DNA from: a virus
Length of the DNA: 46,789 nt
Reading direction: 5' to 3' (one strand)
Virus record (IMG/VR): IMGVR_UViG_3300045988_051134
Position 1 is the stretch's first letter; each line of letters opens with the position of its first letter. The position numbers and the translations under genes are program-made. Below the pieces are notes generated by a model that ran no database searches, was not told where the DNA came from, and worked only from the letters and a program-made list of their open reading frames with translations. Below are positions 1 to 11,004 of this stretch, piece by piece.

Positions 1-133
1 GTAGTCATGTAGTCAATTAGGCCTCAGCCCTTGGGAGAGTAAGGCTGAGGCTGACTACAAGGTGACTACAAATGACTACACCAAATCGCTGAGCCCTTGG
101 GAGAGTAAGGCTCATTTTTTTGAAAATGACTAC
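1..133. repeat. Heptamer/stem-loop repeat block R1 (mirror copy of 46657..46789)
   Basis: GTAGTCA x2, 9-bp-stem hairpin (gcctcagcc/ggctgaggc), TGACTAC x4 and a second hairpin (tgagcc/ggctca). The window starts exactly on a heptamer. Confidence 0.9.
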
Positions 134-756
134 ACCAAACCCATCTGGTCGAATTGTTTTTGCATCTCGTAGTCGTTTTTGGCCTGTTGGTCTTCCGGAG
201 TTTGGGCCAGACTGTAGTATTCTTTGCAGTCAACCATTTCATTAAGCTGTTTGCCCTTGTATTCGCTCAAATCGGCCTTGCGGATTCGAACAATTCTTTC
301 AAAAATCGATTCGGGATCCAGACCGTCAAGCAAAGCCTTAAACTTAAACCAGCTCATTTTGCCTTTCTCTTCCAGCAAGTCGATGTGGTACGTCTGCATA
401 AAACTGGCGTAGATTGCGCCAGAATCGAGTTCAAAGTCAAATGCCCGGTCCCACTTGCCAACTGGATCGCTATCAACCGTGTTCCCGTAGGGATGTTTGC
501 TTACGTCCTCGGATACCGTCTGGAAGGTTTTAACTATGTCGTCATCGGTGGCATCCACCGGACCAACGAACATTAAGAATGTTCGTGTGGCCTTGATTTC
601 TTCGGGAAGATCAGATTCGACCAAGTTAAACCACCGCAGGACGTTATCGTAAGAATAGTCCAGTTCATACACCCCGGTGGTTAACTCGATGAATTTGTGG
701 TCTTCCTTACTTGGCGTCGACAGACTTAGCATTGCTGTTCTTGCGCTTCTTTGCAC
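130..756 (-). CDS. Tail assembly chaperone, T-like/Gp15-like ORF (copy of 46034..46660)
   Basis: Exact inverted copy; see the right-arm entry. Confidence 0.6.
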   Translation of the reverse strand: MQRSARTAMLSLSTPSKEDHKFIELTTGVYELDYSYDNVLRWFNLVESDLPEEIKATRTFLMFVGPVDATDDDIVKTFQTVSEDVSKHPYGNTVDSDPVGKWDRAFDFELDSGAIYASFMQTYHIDLLEEKGKMSWFKFKALLDGLDPESIFERIVRIRKADLSEYKGKQLNEMVDCKEYYSLAQTPEDQQAKNDYEMQKQFDQMGLV

Positions 757-1153
757 GGGCTACCGGGAACGACTCATTAAGTTTAGCCTGTTCGCTTCTG
801 GCTTGCTTCTCGCGTTCACGCTTAAGGGTTTCTTGAATTTGGCCAATTGCACGGGCTACTGCCTCAGAAGATCCGTGTGTCTGCTTCCAGATCTTTTCAC
901 CGGCGCCTGGCTCAAGCAGCTGGTCGATCGCATCAATCAGCGTGGTCTTCAATTCGCCCAGCAATTTAGCAATTTCTTCTTCACTAGGCTGGCCTTGGGC
1001 CAGTTCGGTCAGCTTGGCCTGGACATTGGTTGACTGGCCAGCAATAGAGCTGGCAACTCGAATATTTTCGTCGTTAGCATAAACGGTGTAAGTCTTGCCA
1101 TCAAGTTGAACATCGATTTTCGGAACACTAGTGTTTAAGTTTAAAACAGTCAT
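707..1153 (-). CDS. Tail assembly chaperone, G-like (copy of 45637..46083)
   Basis: Exact inverted copy; see the right-arm entry. Confidence 0.65.
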   Translation of the reverse strand: MTVLNLNTSVPKIDVQLDGKTYTVYANDENIRVASSIAGQSTNVQAKLTELAQGQPSEEEIAKLLGELKTTLIDAIDQLLEPGAGEKIWKQTHGSSEAVARAIGQIQETLKREREKQARSEQAKLNESFPVARAKKRKNSNAKSVDAK

Positions 1154-1167
1154 TTTTGCCTCCTACT

Positions 1168-1206
1168 AAAAAAGAAGGCCAGCTGTTAAGCTAGCCCTCC
1201 CTTCTT
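1168..1206 (-). terminator. Putative intrinsic terminator/attenuator after the major tail gene (copy of 45584..45622)
   Basis: Mirror of aagaagg...ccttctt stem followed by a T-run. Confidence 0.4.
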
Positions 1207-1208
1207 AA

Positions 1209-1688
1209 TTATACGCCTACAGTGTCGCTTAAGACACCTTTTCCGGATTCGGCTAGGGTAAAGGTCAAGGTTTGCTTGGCGTTACCGTTACCACCTCCGA
1301 CTACAATGCTTTGCACAACTACGCGGGTGATCAAGGTCTTGCCGTTCGGATATACGATCTTAAGCAAAGTCTTGGCTGCATTGCCAGTTGCTTGAGTTTG
1401 GTACAAGTTAAGAATATAGTCACATGCTGGATCGCCGACCAGAACGTGGCCAGTAACCGCCCATGTGTAGGCAGTCCCAGTCTTTTCTGGACTAGCGTTG
1501 TCTTCGTCTGCAAAGTAAATAGATGAGTCAGTAACATCGTTAGGCGCTGGAGTTACACCAGTCGTAAATGCTGCAAGGCTAGCAAAGCGTGCGTTAGTGG
1601 TCGTTTTTGGATCCAGGTTACCTCTTGTGTCAATAAAATATCCCGTCTGCCAGTTATGAGGAAAATATGGATTAGTGGTATCTACCAT
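1209..1688 (-). CDS. Major tail protein (copy of 45102..45581)
   Basis: Exact inverted copy; see the right-arm entry. Confidence 0.65.
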   Translation of the reverse strand: MVDTTNPYFPHNWQTGYFIDTRGNLDPKTTTNARFASLAAFTTGVTPAPNDVTDSSIYFADEDNASPEKTGTAYTWAVTGHVLVGDPACDYILNLYQTQATGNAAKTLLKIVYPNGKTLITRVVVQSIVVGGGNGNAKQTLTFTLAESGKGVLSDTVGV

Positions 1689-1692
1689 TTGA

Positions 1693-2106
1693 TTAGTCCT
1701 TTCTTATTAAATCAATGTAAACAATAAAATTCGTTATCCAGTACATCTTACCGGCCGTGTCGACTAGTTGATTAAACGGGAACCCGGTAATTTCTGCATG
1801 GTCGCAGGTAAAGGTCCCGTTTTGAGATTTCACCGTGTCACCGCTAATTCTTGAAATTGCATTAGCAATCGGGCTCAACAGCTGGCGTGCCGTAAGATAA
1901 TCTTCCGTCGAGCAGAGAATTTCATACTGCATGCTCATAGGTTGATTGCCGTTAAAATACGGCGCGCCTGTTGGTGCGGACCCAGGGTCCTGCAAAAGGC
2001 TAACTTGCCCATTTTCGGGCATGTGCCCCAGCATGATCGAGCCGCCCGTCTCCTTGTCGAAAAAGTCCGCCAGGCGGTCGTCTAAATCGAGTTGCTTAGT
2101 ATCCAC
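1693..2106 (-). CDS. Putative tail-completion/neck protein (copy of 44684..45097)
   Basis: Exact inverted copy. Confidence 0.45.
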   Translation of the reverse strand: MDTKQLDLDDRLADFFDKETGGSIMLGHMPENGQVSLLQDPGSAPTGAPYFNGNQPMSMQYEILCSTEDYLTARQLLSPIANAISRISGDTVKSQNGTFTCDHAEITGFPFNQLVDTAGKMYWITNFIVYIDLIRKD

Positions 2107-2437
2107 CCTTTGCCTCCTTTAAGAAGGCGGCAACCGCCACCTTCTGCCAATCTGCCTTATACACCGATTTGGCTCTTAAATCCCATCTGCGGCCCGTTCC
2201 TGGCGTTGAGTAGTTCCGTACCCGGTGACCATTTACGAAGCCGTAGAACTGCGCTCTCGCGTATTTGGCGGTGTAATGGACGCCAGTATCGTTGACAAAA
2301 CTCTGAGACCTCAAAAATCCTGCCCTTTTAGGCACGTATTGTTCCATGTCTTGGTGCATCTGGTTGAGCACCTGGAGCCTTACGCTTCGGGAACTCGTAC
2401 TCTGAGCCATACGGCTAAAAACGCGTAAATCGCTCAT
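2096..2437 (-). CDS. Putative neck/minor capsid protein (copy of 44353..44694)
   Basis: Exact inverted copy. Confidence 0.45.
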   Translation of the reverse strand: MSDLRVFSRMAQSTSSRSVRLQVLNQMHQDMEQYVPKRAGFLRSQSFVNDTGVHYTAKYARAQFYGFVNGHRVRNYSTPGTGRRWDLRAKSVYKADWQKVAVAAFLKEAKGGY

Positions 2438-2793
2438 TAGATTACCTCCAGCTCATAGCAATAAAGGTCTTCGGTGCCAGGCTGATCAAAGCGATTGATG
2501 CTTGTCACCGTGTATTCTTGCCCTTTATAGGTCAGCTTGGATTCAAGGTTCTCCTTGGTCAAGTTTGGAATTGGATTAGAGCATCCGGCGTACAACAAAA
2601 TCAGCCCGTTAGCCACGATTTGGCGGTCATTGTTAGTGCCGCTATAGGTGGTTTGCATGTTTACCACGCTATTTGCGATATCGCCCTCCCAGGCTGGAAT
2701 TGTACGACCATAGCGGTCCTTTTTGGCGCTCTGGTCAGTTAGCTTCAAGTGGACGGTCGACACGGCCATTTGATAGGGAATTGGGAGTTTCAT
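2437..2793 (-). CDS. Putative head-closure/neck protein (copy of 43997..44353)
   Basis: Exact inverted copy. Confidence 0.45.
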   Translation of the reverse strand: MKLPIPYQMAVSTVHLKLTDQSAKKDRYGRTIPAWEGDIANSVVNMQTTYSGTNNDRQIVANGLILLYAGCSNPIPNLTKENLESKLTYKGQEYTVTSINRFDQPGTEDLYCYELEVI

Positions 2794-3224
2794 AAACTTG
2801 ACACCCCACTAAACAGTAGTCCATAGCGTCCAAGAAGGTCGTAGGCTGACTTAACTACTCCGGTGCCTCCTACGGTCAAATTCTGGCTTGCTGAGGGGTT
2901 TAAACTCATGCTGGTATGTCCTACCGTAAACGAGCTTAAAGCGCATTGTGCGACCTCGTAGGCGCTAGAATAGCCGCTTTCTTCCAGGAATAACATCTCC
3001 AAGGCCACCGCCTTTTTAAAAGCCATTGCCTGGCGGAACAGATAGCTATCCGGATCGGCTTGCGAATCAGCCTCCAGGTCGTGGTAAGCAAAAGCTGGGT
3101 CATAGTACGAACAAATCTGGTTAATTAGGACTGTAGCATTCGCTAACAGCTTATCGAAGTTGTCCGGTTTTTTCAGTTCAAAGCCGAATTTTTCGAAATC
3201 ACTTGTCGTCAGATACGGTTTCAT
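2790..3224 (-). CDS. Putative head-tail connector/adaptor (copy of 43566..44000)
   Basis: Exact inverted copy. Confidence 0.45.
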   Translation of the reverse strand: MKPYLTTSDFEKFGFELKKPDNFDKLLANATVLINQICSYYDPAFAYHDLEADSQADPDSYLFRQAMAFKKAVALEMLFLEESGYSSAYEVAQCALSSFTVGHTSMSLNPSASQNLTVGGTGVVKSAYDLLGRYGLLFSGVSSL

Positions 3225-3416
3225 CGCTAGTCACTTCTTCCTTCTTTTTGACGGTCCGCTTAGTCGCAGCTTCAATCAGCGGAGTGCCAACAGTTGGGTG
3301 AGTGGCTAACAGCTCTTCTGCTCTGTCATCGTCCACGTCAATTTTTTGGCCTTTGAAAAAGTATCTGTGCTCCTTTCGGCCCCAGAAATCGTGAACTACC
3401 TTGTACTTGGCCACCA

Positions 3417-3417
<1 letters not shown>
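3199..3417 (-). CDS. Hypothetical protein (copy of 43373..43591)
   Basis: Exact inverted copy. Confidence 0.5.
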
Positions 3418-4280
<863 letters not shown>

Positions 4281-4288
4281 TTACTTAC

Positions 4289-4825
4289 TTATCCTTTCAA
4301 TCTTTGTGCAATTTTTTGATGCAGGCTGACATCCTTACCGCCAGCTTCCGGGTTCCCCGTAGGAAATGCCTGAATTGGCTTGCCAGCAGGCTTGTCTTCT
4401 GCAAACAAATAGCTTTCTGATTCCTTGAGAGATTTAAGCTGATCTTCCAACCCGGTTAAATTGCCCTTGCTGTCAAAGCGAATGTCATCGTGGTTAAGTA
4501 GAGCCTTAACCGCTTTAGCATTCTTGGCGCCAAAGTCCTTAATAGTGCTGGTGACGGCAAATTCAAGTTTCTGAGCGTTCAATTGCTTTGCGGCTTTTTC
4601 ATTGTCCGACTTCAATTTCTCGATTTGCTGGGTCAGTTCTTCGACGTTGGCGTTATTTGCCTTCAAATCTTCAATTTTGCTTGACAATTCACTACTAGTC
4701 TTCTTAAGCGCATCTCTTTCAGCTTCCAGGCCTTCATACTTCTGTAAATCCTTGCCATATTGAGCCATGATGCTGTTAACCTGGTCTGAATCCAGTCCTA
4801 AATCTGTCAAAAATTTTCTTTCCAT
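4289..4825 (-). CDS. Scaffolding protein (copy of 41965..42501)
   Basis: Exact inverted copy. Confidence 0.7.
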   Translation of the reverse strand: MERKFLTDLGLDSDQVNSIMAQYGKDLQKYEGLEAERDALKKTSSELSSKIEDLKANNANVEELTQQIEKLKSDNEKAAKQLNAQKLEFAVTSTIKDFGAKNAKAVKALLNHDDIRFDSKGNLTGLEDQLKSLKESESYLFAEDKPAGKPIQAFPTGNPEAGGKDVSLHQKIAQRLKG

Positions 4826-4889
4826 TAGTGTCTCCTTTACGTTAGTTTTACGAGTGACGAACTCGATCAGGACATAACAATAAGGCCTT

Positions 4890-6017
4890 TTAACGACTTA
4901 CCCAGGTCGATTCCCGGTCATATTGCCGGGTTAAGAAATCATTTTCACTTACTATTTTTCTAATTTTGGCTTGATAGCCGCGAATTGCGCTACTGCATTT
5001 CGCTGCCAGATTCGTGTTGCCGATTCGTTCAGCCGCTTCCTTGCGCTGCTTCCACTTGCGGACCTGCCGTTCGTAGTAGCGCTGAAGCTGTTGCTTTTTG
5101 CCGTTTTCAATTGCTTCTTGCTCATCATAGTGCTTCTGTCGGTTAATTGTAACACCTTCAACATAAGGATAGAGCTGGTGCATGCAGTTAATTCCCAGGG
5201 TTCCTGCAGGCGTTCCGTATCCGTAATCGTAGATTGTCGGATACTTATGGTTAAAACGTGAATCCCCGTGATCCACCACGTTTACCACCTTCCCTTGGAT
5301 TGGAGCGCAAGCTGGTCTGGCTGCTGGGTGCGACGTCATAATCGCCAACGTTTGGCTGTAATCTTTTAATGATTGCATTCTAACGTCGTTATAAGTTCGC
5401 AAGGTGGTTGTAGTAATGACCGTTCTTGTATAGCCCTCAAGGCTCCATTTGTGGCCGCCCTTGTCAATTAAGGTGGTAGGCAGGCCAGTCTTAACCCAGT
5501 CGTCGATATTGTCAAAAATCGCTTCCTGAGGTGTTTTAAGGCCTGTTGTGACCGCCAAGGTAGATTTGTTTAGAATATCTTGGTAAACCCTCAAAGCGGT
5601 ATTCTTGCCCACGTTGGTGGACAATAGCGACTGGTTGACGTTGTTGTCTAGGCTTTCCCAAGTTTGGGCTGCATAGGAGTCTAGCACTTGCATTGTTTCA
5701 GTGCTAACTGGCTTAATTGGCTGATTTAAAAGCTTAGCCAGGTCCCGGTTGAAGGACTGGCTGACCTTTAATCCATCGCGCTTGATTACGGAATCAACCG
5801 CTTTTGCAATTGCAGGCGATTGCTTTTTAACGTAGTCAACTACCTGCTTGGTTAAAGCACCCATTTGAGCTAGTGCTTTAATCCGCCATTCAACCATTTC
5901 CTCAGCCTTAAGATCAGTCAATCGAGGTCGGACACCTTTAATCGTGTCGATTAGCATTCCGAATATTTCCTGCTGCAGAATAACATATTGGTCGGCAACC
6001 TTCTCCGCGGGGCTCAT
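4890..6017 (-). CDS. Head morphogenesis/minor capsid protein, SPP1 gp7-like (copy of 40773..41900)
   Basis: Exact inverted copy. Confidence 0.7.
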   Translation of the reverse strand: MSPAEKVADQYVILQQEIFGMLIDTIKGVRPRLTDLKAEEMVEWRIKALAQMGALTKQVVDYVKKQSPAIAKAVDSVIKRDGLKVSQSFNRDLAKLLNQPIKPVSTETMQVLDSYAAQTWESLDNNVNQSLLSTNVGKNTALRVYQDILNKSTLAVTTGLKTPQEAIFDNIDDWVKTGLPTTLIDKGGHKWSLEGYTRTVITTTTLRTYNDVRMQSLKDYSQTLAIMTSHPAARPACAPIQGKVVNVVDHGDSRFNHKYPTIYDYGYGTPAGTLGINCMHQLYPYVEGVTINRQKHYDEQEAIENGKKQQLQRYYERQVRKWKQRKEAAERIGNTNLAAKCSSAIRGYQAKIRKIVSENDFLTRQYDRESTWVSR

Positions 6018-6019
6018 GG

Positions 6020-7537
6020 TTATTCACCACCAAACTGATTAAATTCTGGTTCTGCCGTTGAATTCTCCGCATCGATTTGTGCCAACCACTTATCGGCTTC
6101 TTCTTCGTCTAATCCGTAGTTGCGCATTAAAAATTGCTTCTTTGGCATGACCTGGGCTTGAACTGCCTGCAAGTCGGCCGCGCGCTTGCTTTCCTGGTCA
6201 ACAAAAACGCCATCGTTGAAGTTGATCGTGATATCCAGGCTATCTAAATCGCCAGTCCATCTCGCTTGGCCGTCAGCATAGAAGCTGTCCACGCTTGCTA
6301 GTTCGAAGATAGCATAGACCAATGCCTTGATAGTCTTTTCTACCTGGGTAATGTAAGAGGACCGTGTTTGATAGGTCTGGGAGTTGTTAGTAACCACCTC
6401 GGTGGCCGTTTGAATGCCGCTCGGTGATGTTGTGAACGTGCCCTGTGATAACCCCGTCTGGTTTTCAAATTCCCGCAGGAAAAAGTCCATCGTTGCTTGA
6501 TAATCAGCCACCCGAATCGGGCTAGTCGCGTCATGGAAGCCCACTTCGCTAGCATCCCCGTACATAGCTTGGTAAACAGTTTCGTCTGGGTCAAACATCG
6601 GCGGATGAGTTTCACTTGCCTGCCCGCCATAACTTGATCCAGTCTTGAGCCATTCAGCCGGAACAATTAAACGCCGCTGGCCCTTCTTAACTTCTTCGAC
6701 AAACTGGTCGTGTGTTCGGTTGATTGCGTCGATTACAGTGTAAGAGTTGTCAATCAGCGACAGGCCCATTGGGCTTGTAAGGTTTTTATTGTTGCTACCT
6801 TTGTTACGATAGAAGGCGAATAAAGGGCGTTTTAAGCCGGTAATCTTGACTTGTGGCTCTAACCCTTCATACTGCTCTAAAGTGCTCAGAGGGACGTTAA
6901 TTCCGACCGTGTCGGCTGTTTCTGAGCGATAGAGCTCGTTGGTAATCACATAGTCGCCGTGGTCCCATTGGTGGAATTCAAGCAGCGTGTAGTAGATGGT
7001 TCGGTGGCCTTCAACTTGGGTTGTTTTGGATGCGATTGCCAATTCGTTGACTTTGTTAGTATCAGCTTGAAGCGGGTAAATTTGGTCAGCCGTGGCCCAG
7101 GCTAGTTTAATCTTGCCATTTTCTACATACGGACGAACACACCCAGATCCCAGTGCAATCCATTCTTCCAGCTTCTCTTCAAAAGTAGTATAGAATTCGC
7201 TATCCTGGAAAACGCCGTCCAAAAAGTCGTTGGCAGTCTCATCGCTGACGGTGACCTGGCACTGCTCGTTAAAAATTAAACTGGCAAGCTTAGCACTGGC
7301 CAGCTTGGTGACATTAACTGATTGCAGTTCATGCTTCTGCGTTTCGCCGTATGAATTCTTGTGGGTGACTTGTTTAAAGTCATCCATGTAATAACGCTTG
7401 TCCCGTGCAATCCGCTCCACCTCATCGGCGGGCATATTGATCCGGGGATTGTCAATGATCTGGCCTAAACTTTTGGTCATTCCGACTGCTGCACTTCCTT
7501 TCCGAAACAAATTTCTGAGTGTATCCCAAAAAGCCAT
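6020..7537 (-). CDS. Portal protein (copy of 39253..40770)
   Basis: Exact inverted copy. Confidence 0.8.
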   Translation of the reverse strand: MAFWDTLRNLFRKGSAAVGMTKSLGQIIDNPRINMPADEVERIARDKRYYMDDFKQVTHKNSYGETQKHELQSVNVTKLASAKLASLIFNEQCQVTVSDETANDFLDGVFQDSEFYTTFEEKLEEWIALGSGCVRPYVENGKIKLAWATADQIYPLQADTNKVNELAIASKTTQVEGHRTIYYTLLEFHQWDHGDYVITNELYRSETADTVGINVPLSTLEQYEGLEPQVKITGLKRPLFAFYRNKGSNNKNLTSPMGLSLIDNSYTVIDAINRTHDQFVEEVKKGQRRLIVPAEWLKTGSSYGGQASETHPPMFDPDETVYQAMYGDASEVGFHDATSPIRVADYQATMDFFLREFENQTGLSQGTFTTSPSGIQTATEVVTNNSQTYQTRSSYITQVEKTIKALVYAIFELASVDSFYADGQARWTGDLDSLDITINFNDGVFVDQESKRAADLQAVQAQVMPKKQFLMRNYGLDEEEADKWLAQIDAENSTAEPEFNQFGGE

Positions 7538-7547
7538 ATTCCACCTC

Positions 7548-8861
7548 CTACCACTTCAAACCGAAGTCTCTTTCGTTGTCTAGCACGCAATACTTAAAAG
7601 CATCGACCGTGTGGTCGTCTTCCTTGATAACCTTGGGACTGTCGCTTTGGAGCGTGTTTTCATCCCATTGATATTTTTGGTGTTCCTTGATAAAAATCTG
7701 ATTGGCAGGCTGGTCAAGATAATAAACTCGGCCTTGTGCCAGTAGATCCTGGACCCGGTCGATCATGTCAACTTCTTTAAGCTTGTGGACCTTGTGCCAG
7801 CGGATCCCATACATCGAGTAATACTGATTGTCAAGCGCACCTTCGGCCGAATCCATTGTCAACCGTGTTGGATACTTATCATACTTCTCTGTCACCTTGT
7901 CGATAAAGTCATGGATGTCTTTAGCCAATTCGCTAGGTGGCTTCTTGTTCGTCTTGCCTGCTGGTGAGTAGTAGTAGGTGTCCAGCAGGTAAACGTCGCC
8001 CTTGCGAGTGAGACCTACTGCAACCACCGTGGTGGCAGAGACTTCGTGTCCTGCGTCCATGCCGTAGTAGATGTCGGTGATGTAGTCACCGTCAGGGATT
8101 GCACTGGCTGAATGGAATAGATCCATGTTGTAGACATTGGTTCCTAGACCTACGACCTCGCCAAGATAAAGCCATCGATAATAATCGAAGTCGTTTTTCT
8201 TGTAAGAATCGATCATGTCCAGCTGCTGCTTGGTCGTAAAGCCCAGCTTGTCGTCCAAATAAGTGGAATGATCAATAAAGAAATTTGGATCACTTTCCTT
8301 TTGAGTTATCCACTCATTTATCCACAGATAAGGATTTTTAGGCGGGTTATAGGAGCAGTAAACCTTAGCCTGGTCTAGCCAGGATGGCTTTTGTCGGATA
8401 AAGGTCGGTATCGCTTGGTCGAACACGTCGATATTTTTTAAATTGGCAAATTCTTCTAACCACACCGCGATTATATTGCCGACATTGTTAGACTTAAGCT
8501 TTAACGGGTCATTAGCGCCGTAGAAGTAAAAAGTTGAACCAGATTGAATATGTTCAATCTTAAGTGGGCTTGCCCTGGTTCTGAACTGGTCACTAACCTT
8601 AAGGATATCCATAGCCCAGAGAATCTGGTTATAAACCGAGTCCCGCAGGTAGCTGGCGTTTTCACGGATGCAGACCACGTTTGCTTTATGTCCAGCGTTG
8701 ATAGCCTTAAGCATGTCAAAGACAAGTTTGATGCTGATCACGGAGGATTTAAAGCTACCACGCCCTCCTTTAGCGATGACGTAGGGCTTTTCAGTATTCC
8801 AGAGTTTACGGAAGTGCGGGTTGATCTGGTCTGTCAGTCTAACCTTCATCTTCATCACCAT
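7548..8861 (-). CDS. terL: Terminase large subunit (copy of 37929..39242)
   Basis: Exact inverted copy. Confidence 0.85.
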   Translation of the reverse strand: MVMKMKVRLTDQINPHFRKLWNTEKPYVIAKGGRGSFKSSVISIKLVFDMLKAINAGHKANVVCIRENASYLRDSVYNQILWAMDILKVSDQFRTRASPLKIEHIQSGSTFYFYGANDPLKLKSNNVGNIIAVWLEEFANLKNIDVFDQAIPTFIRQKPSWLDQAKVYCSYNPPKNPYLWINEWITQKESDPNFFIDHSTYLDDKLGFTTKQQLDMIDSYKKNDFDYYRWLYLGEVVGLGTNVYNMDLFHSASAIPDGDYITDIYYGMDAGHEVSATTVVAVGLTRKGDVYLLDTYYYSPAGKTNKKPPSELAKDIHDFIDKVTEKYDKYPTRLTMDSAEGALDNQYYSMYGIRWHKVHKLKEVDMIDRVQDLLAQGRVYYLDQPANQIFIKEHQKYQWDENTLQSDSPKVIKEDDHTVDAFKYCVLDNERDFGLKW

Positions 8862-9276
8862 CCGTCATGTCATCGATGATCACGGTTTGACTGGCAGCTT
8901 CCTGCGCCATGCCATTCCACATGCCATAGCGCTTGCCCAGCATGTCCATCGCTTTTAGGCGATCCGCAAAAAGCGGACGTGTCTCCACGATGTTGCCGTT
9001 TTTATCTAGGCGCTCTTCTTTGAGTTCACCACGAGCTATGGACGTCAGCTCTTCCATGATTTCCTTGATCTGCATGGTTTTCTTCTTGTCCAAAGCATCC
9101 ATTTTTTCATTGATGTACTCACGAATGTAAGACTTTGACAAGTTATCTGCACCTATTTGCCGCGCTGTTTTTTTGGAATATCCAGCAAGGATGGCAGCCT
9201 GTGTGGAGTTGCCAAGCCGAATATATTCGTCAGCAAATTTTTTCTGTTTAATCGTAAGCTTCAGCACTGTCACCAC
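8839..9276 (-). CDS. terS: Terminase small subunit (copy of 37514..37951)
   Basis: Exact inverted copy. Confidence 0.8.
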   Translation of the reverse strand: MVTVLKLTIKQKKFADEYIRLGNSTQAAILAGYSKKTARQIGADNLSKSYIREYINEKMDALDKKKTMQIKEIMEELTSIARGELKEERLDKNGNIVETRPLFADRLKAMDMLGKRYGMWNGMAQEAASQTVIIDDMTDGDEDEG

Positions 9277-9298
9277 CTTTCTTACTTCTTACTGAAAC

Positions 9299-9324
9299 AA
9301 AAAAGCACGGCCACCAGGCCATGC
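9299..9324 (-). terminator. Intrinsic terminator just upstream of terS (copy of 37466..37491)
   Basis: Mirror of an 8-bp GC-rich stem, 4-nt loop and T6 run. Confidence 0.7.
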
Positions 9325-9420
9325 TTAACGTGTCTGTCTATTGCCCGCTCGGATACCTGATAGTAATATCGTCATCGCTTGGTTGAGTTTCTGCGGGTAA
9401 CTAGAAACTCAAGAGGGCTA

Positions 9421-9766
9421 TGAATCCCAGTGGAATCGAACCAGTGACATTCGCTTAAAAAATATTTGGAGGAAACAATAATTAAATAAAGAGTTATTGC
9501 TAACGTTTTTTTCTATGCCCCAAAAGGGGCTAAAGCTGGTGCAGGAATCGAACCTGCCGTGCCAAAGCATTTATGACAGCAATGAGTTGAGTTGTAATTA
9601 GGTATTGGTCAGACTACTAAAGGAGATAGGCACTACCCAACCAGCTAATGTGTATAATGTATGAATTATGAAAAACGGAAGTAATTAGAGGAATAATTTA
9701 GGGAAAAGTGCCCGGTCGCTTAACCACCGGGCAATGCTGCAGGTGGGAGTCGAACCCACCCGCAGC
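9421..9766 (-). other. Cluster of three tRNA-like acceptor/T-arm elements plus a terminator hairpin (copy of 37024..37369)
   Basis: Exact inverted copy; see the right-arm entries. Confidence 0.5.
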
Positions 9767-9819
9767 TATGACTAAACTTTCGGTATAAAGCTGACAAACA
9801 TTTATTTTTGTTTACGTTA

Positions 9820-10308
9820 TTATAATATCTCTTTTGCCGTGCACGTTGCGTGCATACTTTGTGCATTTTTTGGCACTTGCAAACAAGGCTGATCTTGTAC
9901 CTTAAACACCAGCTTCCAGTACTCAAAACGGTCCGCAAATTCGCAAAGTGCAAGTCGCTTCTTATTCGCGAATTGCCGATCTGAGTAGCCAATTTTTTGA
10001 GCGATCTTAAACCCTTGCATGCCCTTGAGGTAGTAGTCCACCAGGATGATTTTGTAGGGTTTGCGAATGTCCCCGTCGGCGCAGTTGGCAATTGTATGCT
10101 TGATGCAGTCGACCACAGAAGCCGCATATAAGCCCTCTACAAGCTTTTCTTCTTGGTGATTGGTAAATGAACCGGAGGGCATTCCAGACATGCTAGGTGA
10201 ACTTATATCAGCCCTGTGTGCACCACACTGGCGTAGATATCGCTCAAAGTCGTGCTTAAGGTACTGATCTACCCTGCGAGCGGTCAATCTTTGATCCAAG
10301 TTGTCCAT
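9820..10308 (-). CDS. ArpU-family phage late transcriptional regulator (copy of 36482..36970)
   Basis: Exact inverted copy. Confidence 0.7.
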   Translation of the reverse strand: MDNLDQRLTARRVDQYLKHDFERYLRQCGAHRADISSPSMSGMPSGSFTNHQEEKLVEGLYAASVVDCIKHTIANCADGDIRKPYKIILVDYYLKGMQGFKIAQKIGYSDRQFANKKRLALCEFADRFEYWKLVFKVQDQPCLQVPKNAQSMHATCTAKEIL

Positions 10309-10312
10309 AGAA

Positions 10313-10468
10313 TTACTCCTTCATCAAGTCGCGAATAACTAACTCAAGGCGTCGCAATTCGGTGTAATCCATTGATTGCAAGAATTCTCTGCTGACCATC
10401 AAATCAAACCCTGGCTTGGCCACGTGATAGCCCTGGCCAGTCTTTTTAACTTCAAAACCGTAACTCAT
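10313..10468 (-). CDS. Hypothetical 51-aa protein (copy of 36322..36477)
   Basis: Exact inverted copy. Confidence 0.4.
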   Translation of the reverse strand: MSYGFEVKKTGQGYHVAKPGFDLMVSREFLQSMDYTELRRLELVIRDLMKE

Positions 10469-10626
10469 AATCTTTCGTCCTCCCCTACTACTTTCTCTAA
10501 TAGCTCTGTATCACTCATGATGTAGTCTGTTGCACATTCCATGCAGCAGAATCCTAGGCCTTGATATTCCAGATAGCTGTCCCCTTTTTCCAGAACAGTG
10601 CCGCACCAATTACAATGGAAGTTCAT
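10465..10626 (-). CDS. Hypothetical 53-aa CxxC...CxxC protein (copy of 36164..36325)
   Basis: Exact inverted copy. Confidence 0.45.
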   Translation of the reverse strand: MNFHCNWCGTVLEKGDSYLEYQGLGFCCMECATDYIMSDTELLEKVVGEDERL

Positions 10627-10849
10627 AATTATACCCCGCTTGTCTTAATCCTGTGATCCAGCACCAGGGAATGAGCTTCCGCCGTCCCCGCTTGCTGACA
10701 GTGATTTCTAATCCATCAACTTTGCGCTCAATGCCATACACTGCTCTTGGCTGGGCATCAACCCAGCGCGCAATTGGCTCTGGCGTGTTTACTGCCAGTT
10801 TGAAGCGCGATTGTAAGCCGTATTTCGTCGGATAAAATTCCTTTTCCAT
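10610..10849 (-). CDS. Hypothetical protein (copy of 35941..36180)
   Basis: Exact inverted copy. Confidence 0.55.
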   Translation of the reverse strand: MEKEFYPTKYGLQSRFKLAVNTPEPIARWVDAQPRAVYGIERKVDGLEITVSKRGRRKLIPWCWITGLRQAGYNYELPL

Positions 10850-10860
10850 TTTTTTAAACC

Positions 10861-11004
10861 TTACCTTGCTAAATAAACACTTGTGAAGCTGGTTGCCATC
10901 AAGGCCGCCCAGGCCGCGAAGTTAAGCCAGTTTGGCTTAAGCATCAACCAAATCGTGACCAGGATCCAAACTCCCCAACTCAAACTAATCGTAAGACTTT
11001 GCAT
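10861..11004 (-). CDS. Hypothetical 47-aa membrane protein (copy of 35786..35929)
   Basis: Exact inverted copy. Confidence 0.4.
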   Translation of the reverse strand: MQSLTISLSWGVWILVTIWLMLKPNWLNFAAWAALMATSFTSVYLAR